A stretch of 64,000 nt of DNA, from positions 3,348,001 through 3,412,000 of the forward strand of contig OZ251227.1 of assembly GCA_965240325.2 (NCBI GenBank), in the 5' to 3' direction. Origin of the DNA: Rebecca billardiae RCC1528. Lineage: Eukaryota > Protista > Haptophyta. Under the pieces are notes generated by a model. The model searched no databases and was not told where the DNA came from. It saw only the letters and a program-made list of their open reading frames with translations. Shown here one piece after another: positions 22,796 to 33,840 of this stretch. Position numbers and translations under genes: made by a program. How positions within the stretch are numbered: position 1 is the first letter of the stretch; the number at the start of each line of letters is the position of its first letter.

Positions 22796-23116
22796 TGTCA
22801 CATACAGATTCAGCCAAACGTCAACGACTTGTTATGGCGGCTAAATGACGGTATGTCGTCGGACTTACTTATTCATAACCGTTGCAACCCGCCCCAACAA
22901 AATTAAGGTGGACTTGCTAAATTTTAGTAGGCACGATGAGTGCGCGTAGAGGTCGGTGAAAAACTACTCCAAGATCGAGCATGTTACCCACTTAATTAGA
23001 GACATGTACCCGTATATATGCACTCACCCACCCGTTTATTATACAATGCGGGTGGGTTTTAAATATATATTCAGGGTGGTGTCAATATGGGGGTACCTTG
23101 TTCACTATTCGTGACA
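22796..23116. mobile_element. Low-GC nested insertion with TGTCAC..GTGACA ends
   Basis: Abrupt drop in GC, 6-bp inverted ends, CTG on both flanks. Confidence 0.45.
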
Positions 23117-23432
23117 CTGGGTCATCCGAATAGGCCGCGCCGCCGCGCGGAGTGACGGCGGGCTCATGCCACCGTCAAACCGTCCCGCAGCAGGCCCGGA
23201 CGGACCTGATGCGGGCGGCGGGCTGCAAGCCGAAGCACACTACCAAGCGCACCTCTGAGCATGCCACCATCCCCATAGTCGTGAAGGAGTCCTCCGCCAT
23301 CGACGCTTGCGTGCGCAGACTAGCAGTCATCGCCGCCGCAGAGCTTGCCGCGGCCGTTCGGCGACTTCCGTGCCCGTGCTCTGTGTCACCGGCGTCGTCG
23401 CCGTTCGTCGTACCCCAGCCCACGCGAGGCCG

Positions 23433-24752
23433 TCACCGGTCCACCGGTACTGCGGCGGACTGCGCGCGCTTCGCCGCGCGCTCGCCCTCGAGCTCCGCCG
23501 CTCTCCTCTCGCGCTTGAACTGGACGCAGTCGGCAGCCATGGCAGCCCGCTCGGCCGCAGCGCGATCTGTGCCCCCCCGCGCGCTGCGCTCGGTTGCGTC
23601 GGCGCGCAAGCTGGCGCGCGCAGCGTCGGCGACGGCGCGCGCGGTCGCCTTGCGCGACGAGTCCAGCTCCACCTGCTGCTCCGTCAGGCGCACCTGCTGC
23701 TCCAAGATGACCGCGTGCTCAGCAGGAGTCACGCGCTGCTCGTGCAGCGGCACCTGCACGCGGCCTGCTGCGGACGCGCGCGGCGCGCCGGCGTCGGGGG
23801 GCGAGTAGAGGTCGCGGAAGGGGCAGCTGTCGTCGCCGGCGCCCAGCGACGTGTCGTCGGCATCCAGCTCCGCCTTCCTCTCCGCCGCCGACGCGCCCTG
23901 CTTCCGGCTCAGGATGCGCTCCATGTCCTTGTTCTTGCCCTTCCACCACCTGTGCACGGTCATCAGCCAGATGCCGATCACCTCCAGCAGCGGCGAGTCG
24001 TGGCGCGCCGAGATGCCGAGCGCATCCGCGCAGACGAGCGCGAGCGCATTGGGCTTCTTCGTCCCACCGTCGCGCGCGGTCTGGGCGCACGCCGGGGTGA
24101 ACACTCTGACCAACGGCTTGTGCTTCTTCAAGTTCTCGAGCATGAGGTCCACGAGCGTGCGGAGGAGGTCGAGGAGCATGAAGTTGAGCACCGATGCGTA
24201 CCGCGGGCGAAAGCCGGCCACGGGCCGACCGGCCAAGGGCTGCAGCACGTGGATGGCGCGCGCCGCCACCGCCGTCTCCTCGAGCTGCTGCGCGCTGACG
24301 TTGACGTCAGGCCGTAGCTCGGGCCTGCACGGTTGCACACAGCCGAGGCCGTCCGCGGAGGAGGCGAGCCCCTCGGCGGTGCCAGCGGGGACCTCGGGCG
24401 GGTCGCACACATCCATGGGCACGCGTGCATCATCATCTGCCGCGCCCTGGACCTCGTCATGCCCGGCACAGCGGTCCGCAAGTTGGTCGGCGGTAGCTGG
24501 CCCTTGCGGCAGAGACGTCGCGGGCACGTCCGAGGGCGAGAAGGCAGCGTCGGGTGGGGAAGGAGACAGCGTCGAGTCGTTGCCGATGCCTATCCCACCG
24601 CGTTGCGCATGTTCGTCTCCGCGTTGCTCGCCTGCACGTGCTCCTAGGACGCGCTCCTTGGTCGCGGGCAGCACACGTTGAGCACGCAGATTCAAATCAT
24701 GAAGCACGAGCGTCGACTGGCCAGCGACTCCCAGCGAGAGCCCGGTCCACAC
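23433..24752 (-). CDS. Hypothetical element-borne protein with C-terminal coiled coil (start uncertain, possibly pseudogenised)
   Basis: 439-codon ORF with a protein-like central region (NFMLLDLLRTLVDLMLENLKKHKP..EVIGIWLMTVHRWWKGK); the frame continues past the TGA to 23175. Confidence 0.45.
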   Translation of the reverse strand: MWTGLSLGVAGQSTLVLHDLNLRAQRVLPATKERVLGARAGEQRGDEHAQRGGIGIGNDSTLSPSPPDAAFSPSDVPATSLPQGPATADQLADRCAGHDEVQGAADDDARVPMDVCDPPEVPAGTAEGLASSADGLGCVQPCRPELRPDVNVSAQQLEETAVAARAIHVLQPLAGRPVAGFRPRYASVLNFMLLDLLRTLVDLMLENLKKHKPLVRVFTPACAQTARDGGTKKPNALALVCADALGISARHDSPLLEVIGIWLMTVHRWWKGKNKDMERILSRKQGASAAERKAELDADDTSLGAGDDSCPFRDLYSPPDAGAPRASAAGRVQVPLHEQRVTPAEHAVILEQQVRLTEQQVELDSSRKATARAVADAARASLRADATERSARGGTDRAAAERAAMAADCVQFKRERRAAELEGERAAKRAQSAAVPVDR

Positions 24753-25312
24753 GAAGCATGGCTACCTGTCCGCAGCCGCCCAGCCGCTCGGCGAGGCGCC
24801 TGCGCCGAGGTGGGCGCGCCCAACGGCGAGCGGACGGCCGTCGACGAGGGCCATCAGCCTCGCCGACCCCGTTCAGAGCTCCGCTCCCGCGCCGGGGCCA
24901 GCCGAGCGCGGATTTGGAATCTGCCGATCGCGAAAACACGCCGAACAAGTTCTGAAAAGGAAAAGAAAAGAAATCAAAAAGCAATTTAATCTGATGGACC
25001 CCCTACAGGAGATCGGTTTCCGGCGCCGGCCTCTGCCGCCTGCTTCGCCAGGCGCGGCGTGCGAGATGGCTCCAGCCAAGCTCGTCCTGCGTCGCCGGCG
25101 GCGGCGGCTCGCACGCGGGTGGCGCGTCGCGTGCACCGACCAACATCTTTCGGCAAGGACACGTAAATCCCACTGAGTAGGAACACACGCAGCCGCCTCG
25201 GCATCGACATGCCAGGCGGCGTGCCCACCTTCATCGGCCAGCAGTTGGCGTCGGCGTTCACGAGGACGGCTAGACATATATATATATATATATAGTCCGC
25301 CGCCGTGAAATA

Positions 25313-26934
25313 TGACCGCGTTCCGCGGTCCTTTTCCGTAGAACGAACGTAGTTCAGGGCCCGCGGTGGCGGCCGGTGCACCCTCCGTCGCAGTCGTCTA
25401 TTGACAGACCAGTTGCATATATGCGGATAGTGCCCGTACAACTAGACTCCAGCGGCGCGCCGCCGCCCGCCGCGCCGGGCGGGCCCATTGCAGCCGCCGG
25501 CGCGGCGCCGATTGTGTACAGGCGGATGCGACGAGGCGTGATCGACGCATGAGCGCGACTCCCCGTGCACACCAGGCCACGCGAAGCTGACAGCCAGGGA
25601 GCACGGTGCGGGGCCGCGGATTCGTTCGGGCCGCTGCTGCTGACCGCTGAGTCCCCGGGGTCACCCCCCGCGCCGGCAGCGCCCGGGATGATGCACTGGT
25701 CCGAGTAGGGTTCGACCAGCGCCTGCGCGACGGCCGACAGGCGGGCGCGAGGCGTGATCGACGCATGAGCGCAACTCTACGTGCACGCCAGGCCACGCGG
25801 AGCTGACAGCCCGAGGGAGCACGGTGCCGAGGTGCGAGGGCACCGGTGATCCGGTTCGCGCACTCGCCGCGCGTGCACGGGCAGCTGACACACCTCGATC
25901 AGGCTCGGCACGCGTTGCAGAGGCACGGCCAGCTCTGGGGACGTCACGCACCACCGTCGCCCGCGCAGCTCGTCCTCCTCGTAGAGTACCGTTCAGTTCC
26001 GAGGCGTAGCCCTCGCTCAGAGTCGACCGACGATGGACTCGGATCGTCGCCGCGCCTGCTCTCTCTCAATCAAGAAGAGTTCTGGGAGACCCCGGAAAGG
26101 CATGGCAAGGGCGGCGCGTGGTGAAGTCGAAGGCTCAGAGATCGATCAGTCCGGCATCAGGCGCCACTGCCCCCGAGCTTGCGAGAGCCCGAACACAGGG
26201 CGGCGGCTGCGGCGCCGGCTCGCGGACGCGCCGGGGCCGCGCAAGGCCGCGCCGAGGCATCGACAGGGCGGCAGGGGCGGCGGGGGCGCGCGGAGTGAGC
26301 GGGGGCACGACGAACGCGATGTCGACGGCAGTCGGGACCCGCCGCAGCCGCGCGCTCCAGGCGCCATTCGCCGCGCGCACCTGCCCATCGCCGTCCTCAC
26401 CCGTCGGTCGCTCGTGAGCCTCGTGCCCGTGGCTCGCCTCCAAACGCGGGCCGCCTCTGGTGGGCCGCCGCCCGGGGCCGCACGCGCGCCCAACCAAGTC
26501 CGTTCGCGTCAGATAGTATATTGAGATATACGCCGAGCTTGGGCCCTCTGCTACTGACCCTTGCCTTGTCGGCTCCTGATACAGATAGGGCGCGATTGAA
26601 TAGTTGATCAACTGATTCAAGGGACGTACATTGTCACATCGGTTCGCGGCAATCTCACTATCAAACTAAATCGCTCGTAACGAACCGTTACGTTAAAGTC
26701 ACGGCCGCTCACGTCCCGTCCATCGATTGAATAGGGGAATGTCGTGGACGCGGTTATTTCTCCGTAATGCATGTGTAGAGAGGGTCTCAAAAATCAAAAC
26801 TCGGTCACCGCCAGCCCTAAAAATATTAACATCGCCCCCCGTCCCTTTTTTCTTGATCAAAGATCTTTTTAAAACGTGGTTAGGGCCCACGGAGCGGGCT
26901 CCACGCTGCGCGTTCCGCCCTGCACCGCGGGCCA
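25313..26934 (-). mobile_element. Family C non-autonomous element
   Basis: Left end shared with 63804 onward; terminal hairpin GACCGCG-TTC-CGCGGTC; GGCCCGCGGTG (25358-25368) inverted at 26923-26933; internal ~80-bp direct repeats near 25532 and 25748. Confidence 0.62.
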
Positions 26935-27078
26935 TTATATAGCAGCTGCTAGTAGTAGCACGCAGTAGCATATCTGACGGATGCTAGTAGTATGGGGGTA
27001 GTAGTAGCAGTATATATGTATATACATATATATATATATATCGTGATCGTCGCCGGTGTCAAAGTGCTACCGTCGCCG

Positions 27079-28860
27079 TCACGGCCGCGGCGCCTGCGGC
27101 GGCCGCGACGACGGCACGACGCTCGCGTTGAGCACGGGCCAGCGCGGCGGGGGCGGCCCCTCCTCGCCGAGCACGACCTGCACCAGCTTGAACCGATGGC
27201 CGCCGTCGGGCGCGTCCGTCTCCGCCGCCACCGTCAGCCGGAGCGCGCACACGTCCCGACCCGAGTCGATGGCGGCCATGTCCGCTTGGACGAAGCGGAG
27301 GACCGCCTCGCGCGTGAGCGAGGTGCGGGCGCGGTGGTGCCCGCTGATCCGCGCGGGCTCGCACGCGCACGCGCGCGCGCACTCGGCGCGCACCACGCCC
27401 ATCCCGCCGTACGACACGAGCCGGCGCACGGCGATGTACATCCGGTGCGCGTCGTCCGGCCGGATTTCCGGGAGCGTGCGGTTGGCCGCGGGCGGCAGCG
27501 GCAGCAGCTGCAGCGCCACGACCGCGCCGACCTCGGTCGCCTCGAGGCCGGGCTTGAAGACCGTGCGCGAGCCCGGCTCCTTCTCGATGAACCGCCACCC
27601 CCGGCTCTCGAGCACGTGCGCCACGATGGCGCCCTCCGCGTCGATCACGTGCCGCCGCTCCGGACGGATCTTGTCGGCTCGGCTGATCGCACGCTGCTTG
27701 CGCACCGCGCCGGCGCGAATCCTCTCGAGCCGGTTGGCGTCGGTTGTGTAGCAGACGAGGGAGCGGTGCGGCCCGAGCTCGGGCGCGACGGGCGGCGGGA
27801 GGAACGGCGGGCCGCGCCGCGCCGCCACGCGCAGCCGCCCGCCGCTCGCCCACGCCGCGTGTAACCGCCACGTTTCGTCAACCAGCCACTCTGAGTAGAG
27901 CCGCGCGGCGCGCTCGGTCGGGTGCACGCCGTCGTGCGTGACCCACGCGGCGAGGGAGACGTTGGGCCAGCGGCCGGCGGGCGTGGCGAACTCGTGCCAC
28001 AGCAGGTCCTGCGCCGACACCGCCGCCGCGTGGTAGTACCGCGCGAGCGCCACCGCCTTCTCCTCCTCGGTGGGCGAAGGCGGCCCGTCCCGGCCGCGCC
28101 GCAAGTCAGCGAACGGTCCAAGCGCTGCGGGCAGTGGGAGGTGCGGCGGCGTGGTGGCGGTGCACAGCCGCTCGAGCCCGCCCGGGTGGCGCAGCGGGTT
28201 GTGCGCCGGCCACACGCACCACGGGAAGAGCACGACGAAGAGCACCGCCGGCGGCGCGCCGCCCGGACTCGCCGGGTGGCGCAGCAGAGTCCGGATGAGT
28301 CGCTCGATGTGGTGCAGCTCCGAGTCGGCGACGACGCCCATCTCGAGGATCCAGAGGTCGACGCGGCGCGGGGCCCACGAGGAGAGGCACTCGGCGAAGA
28401 GGCGCAGCGAGCCGCCCGCGCGCCCCGCGTTGTACAGCGCGCTCTCCGCGTGCGGCCACGTGTCGTTCAGCCAATCGAACCAGCGGCGCACCCACCCGCG
28501 CCCGCGACTCGCGCGCGAGACGAGCTCGGCGTTCTTGCCGGGGCCGAGGTCGCGCGTGGAGCAGCAGCGCGGGCAGAAGGGCATGAACGAGTGCGTGCAC
28601 CCGCCCTGCGTGCCCGTCACCGACGTGCCCAGCGCCACGGCCGTGATCGGCTGCCCCGCGCTCAGCGTCTCCCAGAAAGCCGCCCAGCCGGCCGAGCCGC
28701 CCGCGCCGTGCAGCTCGGCGCGCTCGAGCATGGCGTACGTCGTGAGCTCGGGCGTGGGCCGGGGGGGGAGCGACGCCAGCTGCGCGCCCACGGCGGGCCC
28801 GTCGAGCATCAGCGCGAGCACGAAGCAGCTGCATGCCGCGAGCGCGCTCCCGGCGGCCAT
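27079..28860 (-). CDS. Secreted SGNH/GDSL hydrolase-like protein
   Basis: Signal peptide, VALGTSVT (block I Ser), NAGRAGG (II), VDLWILE (III, Asn absent), HDGVHP (V). Confidence 0.75.
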   Translation of the reverse strand: MAAGSALAACSCFVLALMLDGPAVGAQLASLPPRPTPELTTYAMLERAELHGAGGSAGWAAFWETLSAGQPITAVALGTSVTGTQGGCTHSFMPFCPRCCSTRDLGPGKNAELVSRASRGRGWVRRWFDWLNDTWPHAESALYNAGRAGGSLRLFAECLSSWAPRRVDLWILEMGVVADSELHHIERLIRTLLRHPASPGGAPPAVLFVVLFPWCVWPAHNPLRHPGGLERLCTATTPPHLPLPAALGPFADLRRGRDGPPSPTEEEKAVALARYYHAAAVSAQDLLWHEFATPAGRWPNVSLAAWVTHDGVHPTERAARLYSEWLVDETWRLHAAWASGGRLRVAARRGPPFLPPPVAPELGPHRSLVCYTTDANRLERIRAGAVRKQRAISRADKIRPERRHVIDAEGAIVAHVLESRGWRFIEKEPGSRTVFKPGLEATEVGAVVALQLLPLPPAANRTLPEIRPDDAHRMYIAVRRLVSYGGMGVVRAECARACACEPARISGHHRARTSLTREAVLRFVQADMAAIDSGRDVCALRLTVAAETDAPDGGHRFKLVQVVLGEEGPPPPRWPVLNASVVPSSRPPQAPRP

Positions 28861-29048
28861 GCTGCTGCGCGCCCAGCCTTTGACGCAAAGTCCGGGCGGC
28901 TCTTGATCAGCCCGCTGCCGCCCGCTGCTCACCACTCTACAACTCCGGGCCGGCGCGGGCGGGCGAGTCCCGCGCGTGCGCCTCCCGTGACCAAGCTGAA
29001 AGCAGGGCGGGTCACAAGCTTGGACGTCGTCCACGCGGCCGTGCGGGG

Positions 29049-30404
29049 ATGACGGCGGTGCGGCGCGGCGCACGGCACGCGCGCGCGGCGGTGCTGGGCT
29101 TCGCCTGCACGATCGCCGCGGCGACCTCCAGCGCGGACACGGCCGACGGCCACGTGCCGCGCGCGGCGCTCGCCGCCATCGCCGACGCGCACCTTGAGCA
29201 GTGGGAGCGCTGTCTCTCTGACAACGGCGCGAGCGACGACTGCCTCGCGGGCGCGTCGGAGCGCTTCGAGTGGCGCGGGCCGTTCGGCGAGGCGCTCTCG
29301 CTCGAGGACGCCGCCGACGCGCTCCGCCCGGACTCGCCGTTCCGCGCCGCCTTTGCGCGCACGACCGCGTGGCGCCGCTCAATCTACGTCGGCGCGAGCT
29401 CGGTCGCCTATGTCGCCGACCTGTTCCACGAGTGCTCGAACGGCGTCGTGGGCGACGACGAGATGCTGTCCGTGCTGAGCGTCGATCCTGCCACGCGCGA
29501 GCTCGAGCGCTGGGACCTCGGCCTGTACGCCGACCACTTTGACCACACCGTCGCGCGGTGCAACGGCGGGCGCACGCCCGCGCCGGAGCGGCCGCAGCAG
29601 ACGTACGTTTTAGAGGGCAAGGCGGTGGCGGCGCTGGACGCGCTGTGGGACGACGAGGCGGACGCGGCGCCGGGCGCGCTGGCGGAGAACGTGACGCTCT
29701 GCCTCAGCGTGCTCCCCGCCGGGCGCTCGTGCGTGCGCACGCGCGAGGCGGTGCTCGCGCTGCTCGGCGCGCGAGGGCGCGCCAACTCGCGCGCGTTCAC
29801 CAGGCGAGCGGTGCTTGGGCGCGGCTCGGCCTGGCTGTCGTGGGTCGCGCACGGCGTGTGCGCGGACGGCACGCGCGAGCAGCTCGAGGGCGAGCTGCTG
29901 TACGAGATCGAGCCGAGCACCGGCGCCGTCACGCGCATCACCCACGTCATGGACCTCCATGCCGTCCGCGCCTCATGCCAGCTCGCCGACGCCGACGCCG
30001 ACGCCGCCGCGGACGGCGGGCGGCCGGGCGCGCAGCAGAACCGGACGGCGCCTGCGCTCGTCAGGCTCGCGCTCAACGCGCTGCGCGGCGGCGCGGGCGC
30101 GGGCGCGGCCGGGCGGCCGGCGGAGGAGGACGGCTCGCGCACCGCGACGCGCACCGCCGCCGCCACCATCTCCGCCCTCATCCTCGCCCTCGTCTGCCTC
30201 GGCATCCTGGCCGTCACCGCCGCCATGTGTGTGCGCTCGCGGCCGGGCCACGGGCCGATTGGGCTTGCGCTCGAGAGCATGGGCGTGGAGCGCGCGGCGG
30301 GCGACGAGCTGGCGGGCGAGCACTCGGCGGAGTACGCGCTGCACCAGGGCGGGGACGACGACGCGCCCGCGCCGCTGCTGATCCCTGGGATGACGAGTCG
30401 CTGA
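29049..30404 (+). CDS. Uncharacterised type I membrane protein, possibly two SnoaL/NTF2-like domains
   Basis: Signal peptide, two cysteine-containing globular halves, TM ISALILALVCLGILAVTAAMCV; fold assignment tentative. Confidence 0.6.
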   Translation: MTAVRRGARHARAAVLGFACTIAAATSSADTADGHVPRAALAAIADAHLEQWERCLSDNGASDDCLAGASERFEWRGPFGEALSLEDAADALRPDSPFRAAFARTTAWRRSIYVGASSVAYVADLFHECSNGVVGDDEMLSVLSVDPATRELERWDLGLYADHFDHTVARCNGGRTPAPERPQQTYVLEGKAVAALDALWDDEADAAPGALAENVTLCLSVLPAGRSCVRTREAVLALLGARGRANSRAFTRRAVLGRGSAWLSWVAHGVCADGTREQLEGELLYEIEPSTGAVTRITHVMDLHAVRASCQLADADADAAADGGRPGAQQNRTAPALVRLALNALRGGAGAGAAGRPAEEDGSRTATRTAAATISALILALVCLGILAVTAAMCVRSRPGHGPIGLALESMGVERAAGDELAGEHSAEYALHQGGDDDAPAPLLIPGMTSR

Positions 30405-31129
30405 GGCGAGGCCGAGCATCGAACACGGCGCGCTGGCCGCCGCTCCGCGACCGCCGTTGCAACGCCAACGGCAACGACGACGCGCGCGTGTTTTACACCG
30501 TGTTCCGAGCCCGACGTCGGAGTTCTGCTATGTAGTCCTACTACTGCTACGTGGCATACTACGCGCGCACACTCGGGCACTGGCATCATCTGTCCGCGGG
30601 CAGTCTGCCAACAGGCAACAGCCAGTCGGGCGCCGCGCGCTATATATATATCGTCGCCAATATCGGGCGGCGGATTCGTCGTCTGCCGCGCTGCGGCCGG
30701 TCACGGACACATCAGTGCTGCGCTCTGAGTCTGGCCGCGCGCGGCCATTGATCGTAATACTAATAAATGTCTAATAAGATACACTTACGACATTATTAAG
30801 ACTAAGAGTTACAGTGATACAGTCCGAAGTAGCTGCCGCGTATATATTATATATTATAATTATCAATTAATTATATATATACATAATAGCGGGCCGCGGA
30901 CCCCGCGTCGCGCTCGCAGACGCGCCAGAGTTATTGCCTATACACTCTCGGCCTCAGTAGACACCGACGGTGCTGCTGCAGCAGGCAGCTCGCGCCCCGC
31001 TGCTGATGACTCACTACAGATTCGAGTGCGCGCAGCGCCGGGCACCGCTCCGCCCGACAAGGCGCGGCCCGGGGCCACGCCGGCGTCGCGTCCGTCCTCT
31101 CGACCGAGAGCCCCGCGCGCAGACGGCGC

Positions 31130-32608
31130 CTACCGGAGCGGGGGGAAGTCTTCGGGCGAGAGCGCAAAGGCAGCGGCGGCGCCGTTGGCCAGAGCCGCGC
31201 CGTTGGGCTGCGGCGGCGCGGCGGCGCGCGGCGCACGCTTTGGCTGTGCGCGCGCGCCGTCGGCGGCGGCCCAGCCGGCGGGTGGCGCAGGGTCTGCGCT
31301 CGCCGTGCCGCCGGCAGCGGCGGCGCTCGCGACGACGATGCGGCCGTGCCATCCCTCCGGCCCGTTCGAGCGCGCCGCCTTGGGCGCGGGCGCGCCCGCC
31401 TCCGTCGCCTTCCGCGCGGCGCGGCCCGCGCCGACCGCGCCGCCGCCGCCCGCACGCACGACCTCGCACTGGAAGCTGACGCCGTCCTGAGCGTAGCGGA
31501 CGATGAGCTCGAGCGCCTCGCCCTGCGTCACGAGCAGCGGCTTGGGCTGCCCCTCGTCGCTGCCGCGCGTGTCCTCGAGCAGCTGCAGCGCCTGCCCCCA
31601 CTGCATGTCGCGCGGGAAGTTGTCCACCGTCGCGGCCGGGTCGGTGGACATGGCGTGCGAGCCGGCGGCATCGTCGCTCACGTCCCACGAGGCCACGAGC
31701 GCGTGGGCGACGCCGGTGCGCGTGGCGACGAAGGGGACGCGGCGCTCGGGCGGGAAGGCGCTCGCCGTCGAGTCCCTCCCGAAGTCGATCTGCAGCACGG
31801 GTATCCGCTCGGACAGCAGCGCATGCTCGCACGACGAGAACCGGAAGCCATACTGCTTCGTGAAGACGAGGGAAGTCGTGTCCTGCAGCTCGTTGAACGC
31901 GCGCAGGTCGATGCCCTCCCACGAGCGCACGGCGGTGATGGCCTGCACGTCGGCCGACTCGATCAGCGTGACGTACTGCGTGCCGCGCGCCGGCAGGATG
32001 TGCGCGTGCGGCGCGACCAGCCGCTCGCGCGCGTCCTCGACGTAGTGCAGCGCAGACTCGCCGAGCAGCAGCGTGCCGAGGATCTCCGAGACGAGAATGT
32101 CGGGCGTACCGTCGAGCTCGTCGGGCTCGACGTCGGTGGACATCTTGTTGATCACCTGCACGCGGTCCGACATCCGGTTCGACTCGATGATCCGCGTCGC
32201 GAGCGCGGCGAGCTCGGCGTTCGCCTCGATCGCGATCACCTTGCGCGCGCCCGCGAGCGCCGCCATGATGCTCAGGAGCCCTGAGCCCGCGCCGATCTCG
32301 AGCACGACGGAGTCCGGCTTCACGAGCGTGCGCAGCGCGTTCTGGTAGAAGTGGTTGCGGTCGAGGTCGTTGATCATCGCGAAGTGCCAGTCGTTCACCG
32401 TCTCGATCAGCGCGGTCGGCTTGTTGCGCAGCCGCGCGGGCACGATAAAGTGCTCGGGCATGCTCTGGCCGAAGTAGTGCTCGGGGCCGCCACGCTGGTC
32501 GCAGGGCGGGACGTACGGGCCGAATGTGCGCTGCGCGCGCGCGTCGGGCTGCCCGTCCGACTCCTCGCCGTCGTCGTGCGCCTCGCCCGCGACGCGCGGA
32601 TCGTGCAT
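31130..32608 (-). CDS. PRMT7: Single-domain protein arginine methyltransferase, PRMT7-like
   Basis: WHFAMINDLDRN, VLEIGAGSGLLS, double-E loop LVSEILGTLLLGE, RDMQWGQA at the THW-loop position. Confidence 0.85.
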   Translation of the reverse strand: MHDPRVAGEAHDDGEESDGQPDARAQRTFGPYVPPCDQRGGPEHYFGQSMPEHFIVPARLRNKPTALIETVNDWHFAMINDLDRNHFYQNALRTLVKPDSVVLEIGAGSGLLSIMAALAGARKVIAIEANAELAALATRIIESNRMSDRVQVINKMSTDVEPDELDGTPDILVSEILGTLLLGESALHYVEDARERLVAPHAHILPARGTQYVTLIESADVQAITAVRSWEGIDLRAFNELQDTTSLVFTKQYGFRFSSCEHALLSERIPVLQIDFGRDSTASAFPPERRVPFVATRTGVAHALVASWDVSDDAAGSHAMSTDPAATVDNFPRDMQWGQALQLLEDTRGSDEGQPKPLLVTQGEALELIVRYAQDGVSFQCEVVRAGGGGAVGAGRAARKATEAGAPAPKAARSNGPEGWHGRIVVASAAAAGGTASADPAPPAGWAAADGARAQPKRAPRAAAPPQPNGAALANGAAAAFALSPEDFPPLR

Positions 32609-32712
32609 GGTGGCGGCGCGCGGCAGGGCGCGGGCGTGGGCGGGACGACGAGGACAGCCAGTCAAAGGAGTGGCGGCGGGATTCCAAGTTGGAGCGCGGT
32701 GCACGGGTGTGC

Positions 32713-33840
32713 CAAGGGCGGTAAGGGCTGTCAACTCCCAGTGGCGGCAGCGCCAGAGGTTGGTTCCCGCTTCGCTGCTGCGCGGCCTCGCTCCAGCGAC
32801 TAACTCTCGTGGGCGCCCGCCCCGGGGGGCGAGTGGGGCGCGCACGGCGCGAGCTCCTGCGGCCGTGTACGCGCGCGCGGAGGCGGCGCGCGCGGCTGGG
32901 CAGGTGCTAGGGAGTGCATGTCGCCCTCCCACGCCGCGCGCCTTGCTCGCCGCCGCTTTCGCCGCGCCTCAGGCCAGCGCGCACGCGTGCGCCGCCTCCA
33001 GAGCCAGCCTCGGGCCCGCGGCAGCTGGCCGCGCGCGTGTGGTGCGCGGTCTGGTCGGCGCGAGTCGGTCGGGGCCATCGGGCGAGGTTCGCATACTTTA
33101 GACGCGCGCTCTGCCGCCGCGCGCCGCCGCGCATGGGCCCGGTACCATCCCGTGAAGCTGTTGAAGGAAGCTGATCGATGAATGCACGACAAGCAGAAAT
33201 GAGCTCGAACACGCGACAGTGAGCGCCCATGCGCGTGATAGGCGGCCGCATTGGGCGCGTGTACGGCGTCCTATGAGTGCATTGCCCCGCTCTTCATCGC
33301 CTGCGCGCGTCTATTGTGCTCTCCAGCGTCTCCATGAGCGTCCAAACATGAGCATTTTCGCATTCGTGCTGCAGTTCGTGTCAGACCTAAGATGCTTGCG
33401 TGTCGACCCATGACAACCGTGCGCGGCGGCGCGCGGCGGCAGAGCGCGCGTCTAAAGTATGCGAACCTCGCCCGATGGCCCCGACCGACTCGCGCCGACC
33501 AGACCGCGCACCACACGCGCGCGGCCAGCTGCCGCGGGCCCGAGGCTGGCTCTGGAGGCGGCGCACGCGTGCGCGCTGGCCTGAGGCGCGGCGAAAGCGG
33601 CGGCGAGCAAGGCGCGCGGCGTGGGAGGGCGACATGCACTCCCTAGCACCTGCCCAGCCGCGCGCGCCGCCTCCGCGCGCGCGTACACGGCCGCAGGAGC
33701 TCGCGCCGTGCGCGCCCCACTCGCCCCCCAGGGCGGGCGCCCACGAGAGTTAGTCGCTGGAGCGAGGCCGCGCAGCAGCGAAGCGGGAGCCAACCTCTGG
33801 CGCTGCCGCCACTGGGAGTTGACAGCCCTTACCGCCCTTG
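32713..33840. mobile_element. Foldback element with 421-bp inverted arms and 7-bp TSD (P- or hAT-like termini)
   Basis: 32713-33133 is the reverse complement of 33420-33840 with 2 mismatches seen; termini CAAGGGCGG; GGTGTGC duplicated at 32706-32712 and 33841-33847. Confidence 0.92.

Larger units (their letters stand above)
22437..25276 (-). mobile_element. Family A element, copy A1 (2840 bp)
   Basis: Ends match 38593-40031 in inverted orientation (38/39 nt at the hairpin end, 16/16 at the other); TA on both flanks. Confidence 0.8.

Noticed and set aside
25530-25830. CRISPR-like repeat-spacer structure
   Set aside because: Only two diverged ~80-bp units inside a transposon-like element; no array and no cas genes in a eukaryotic context.
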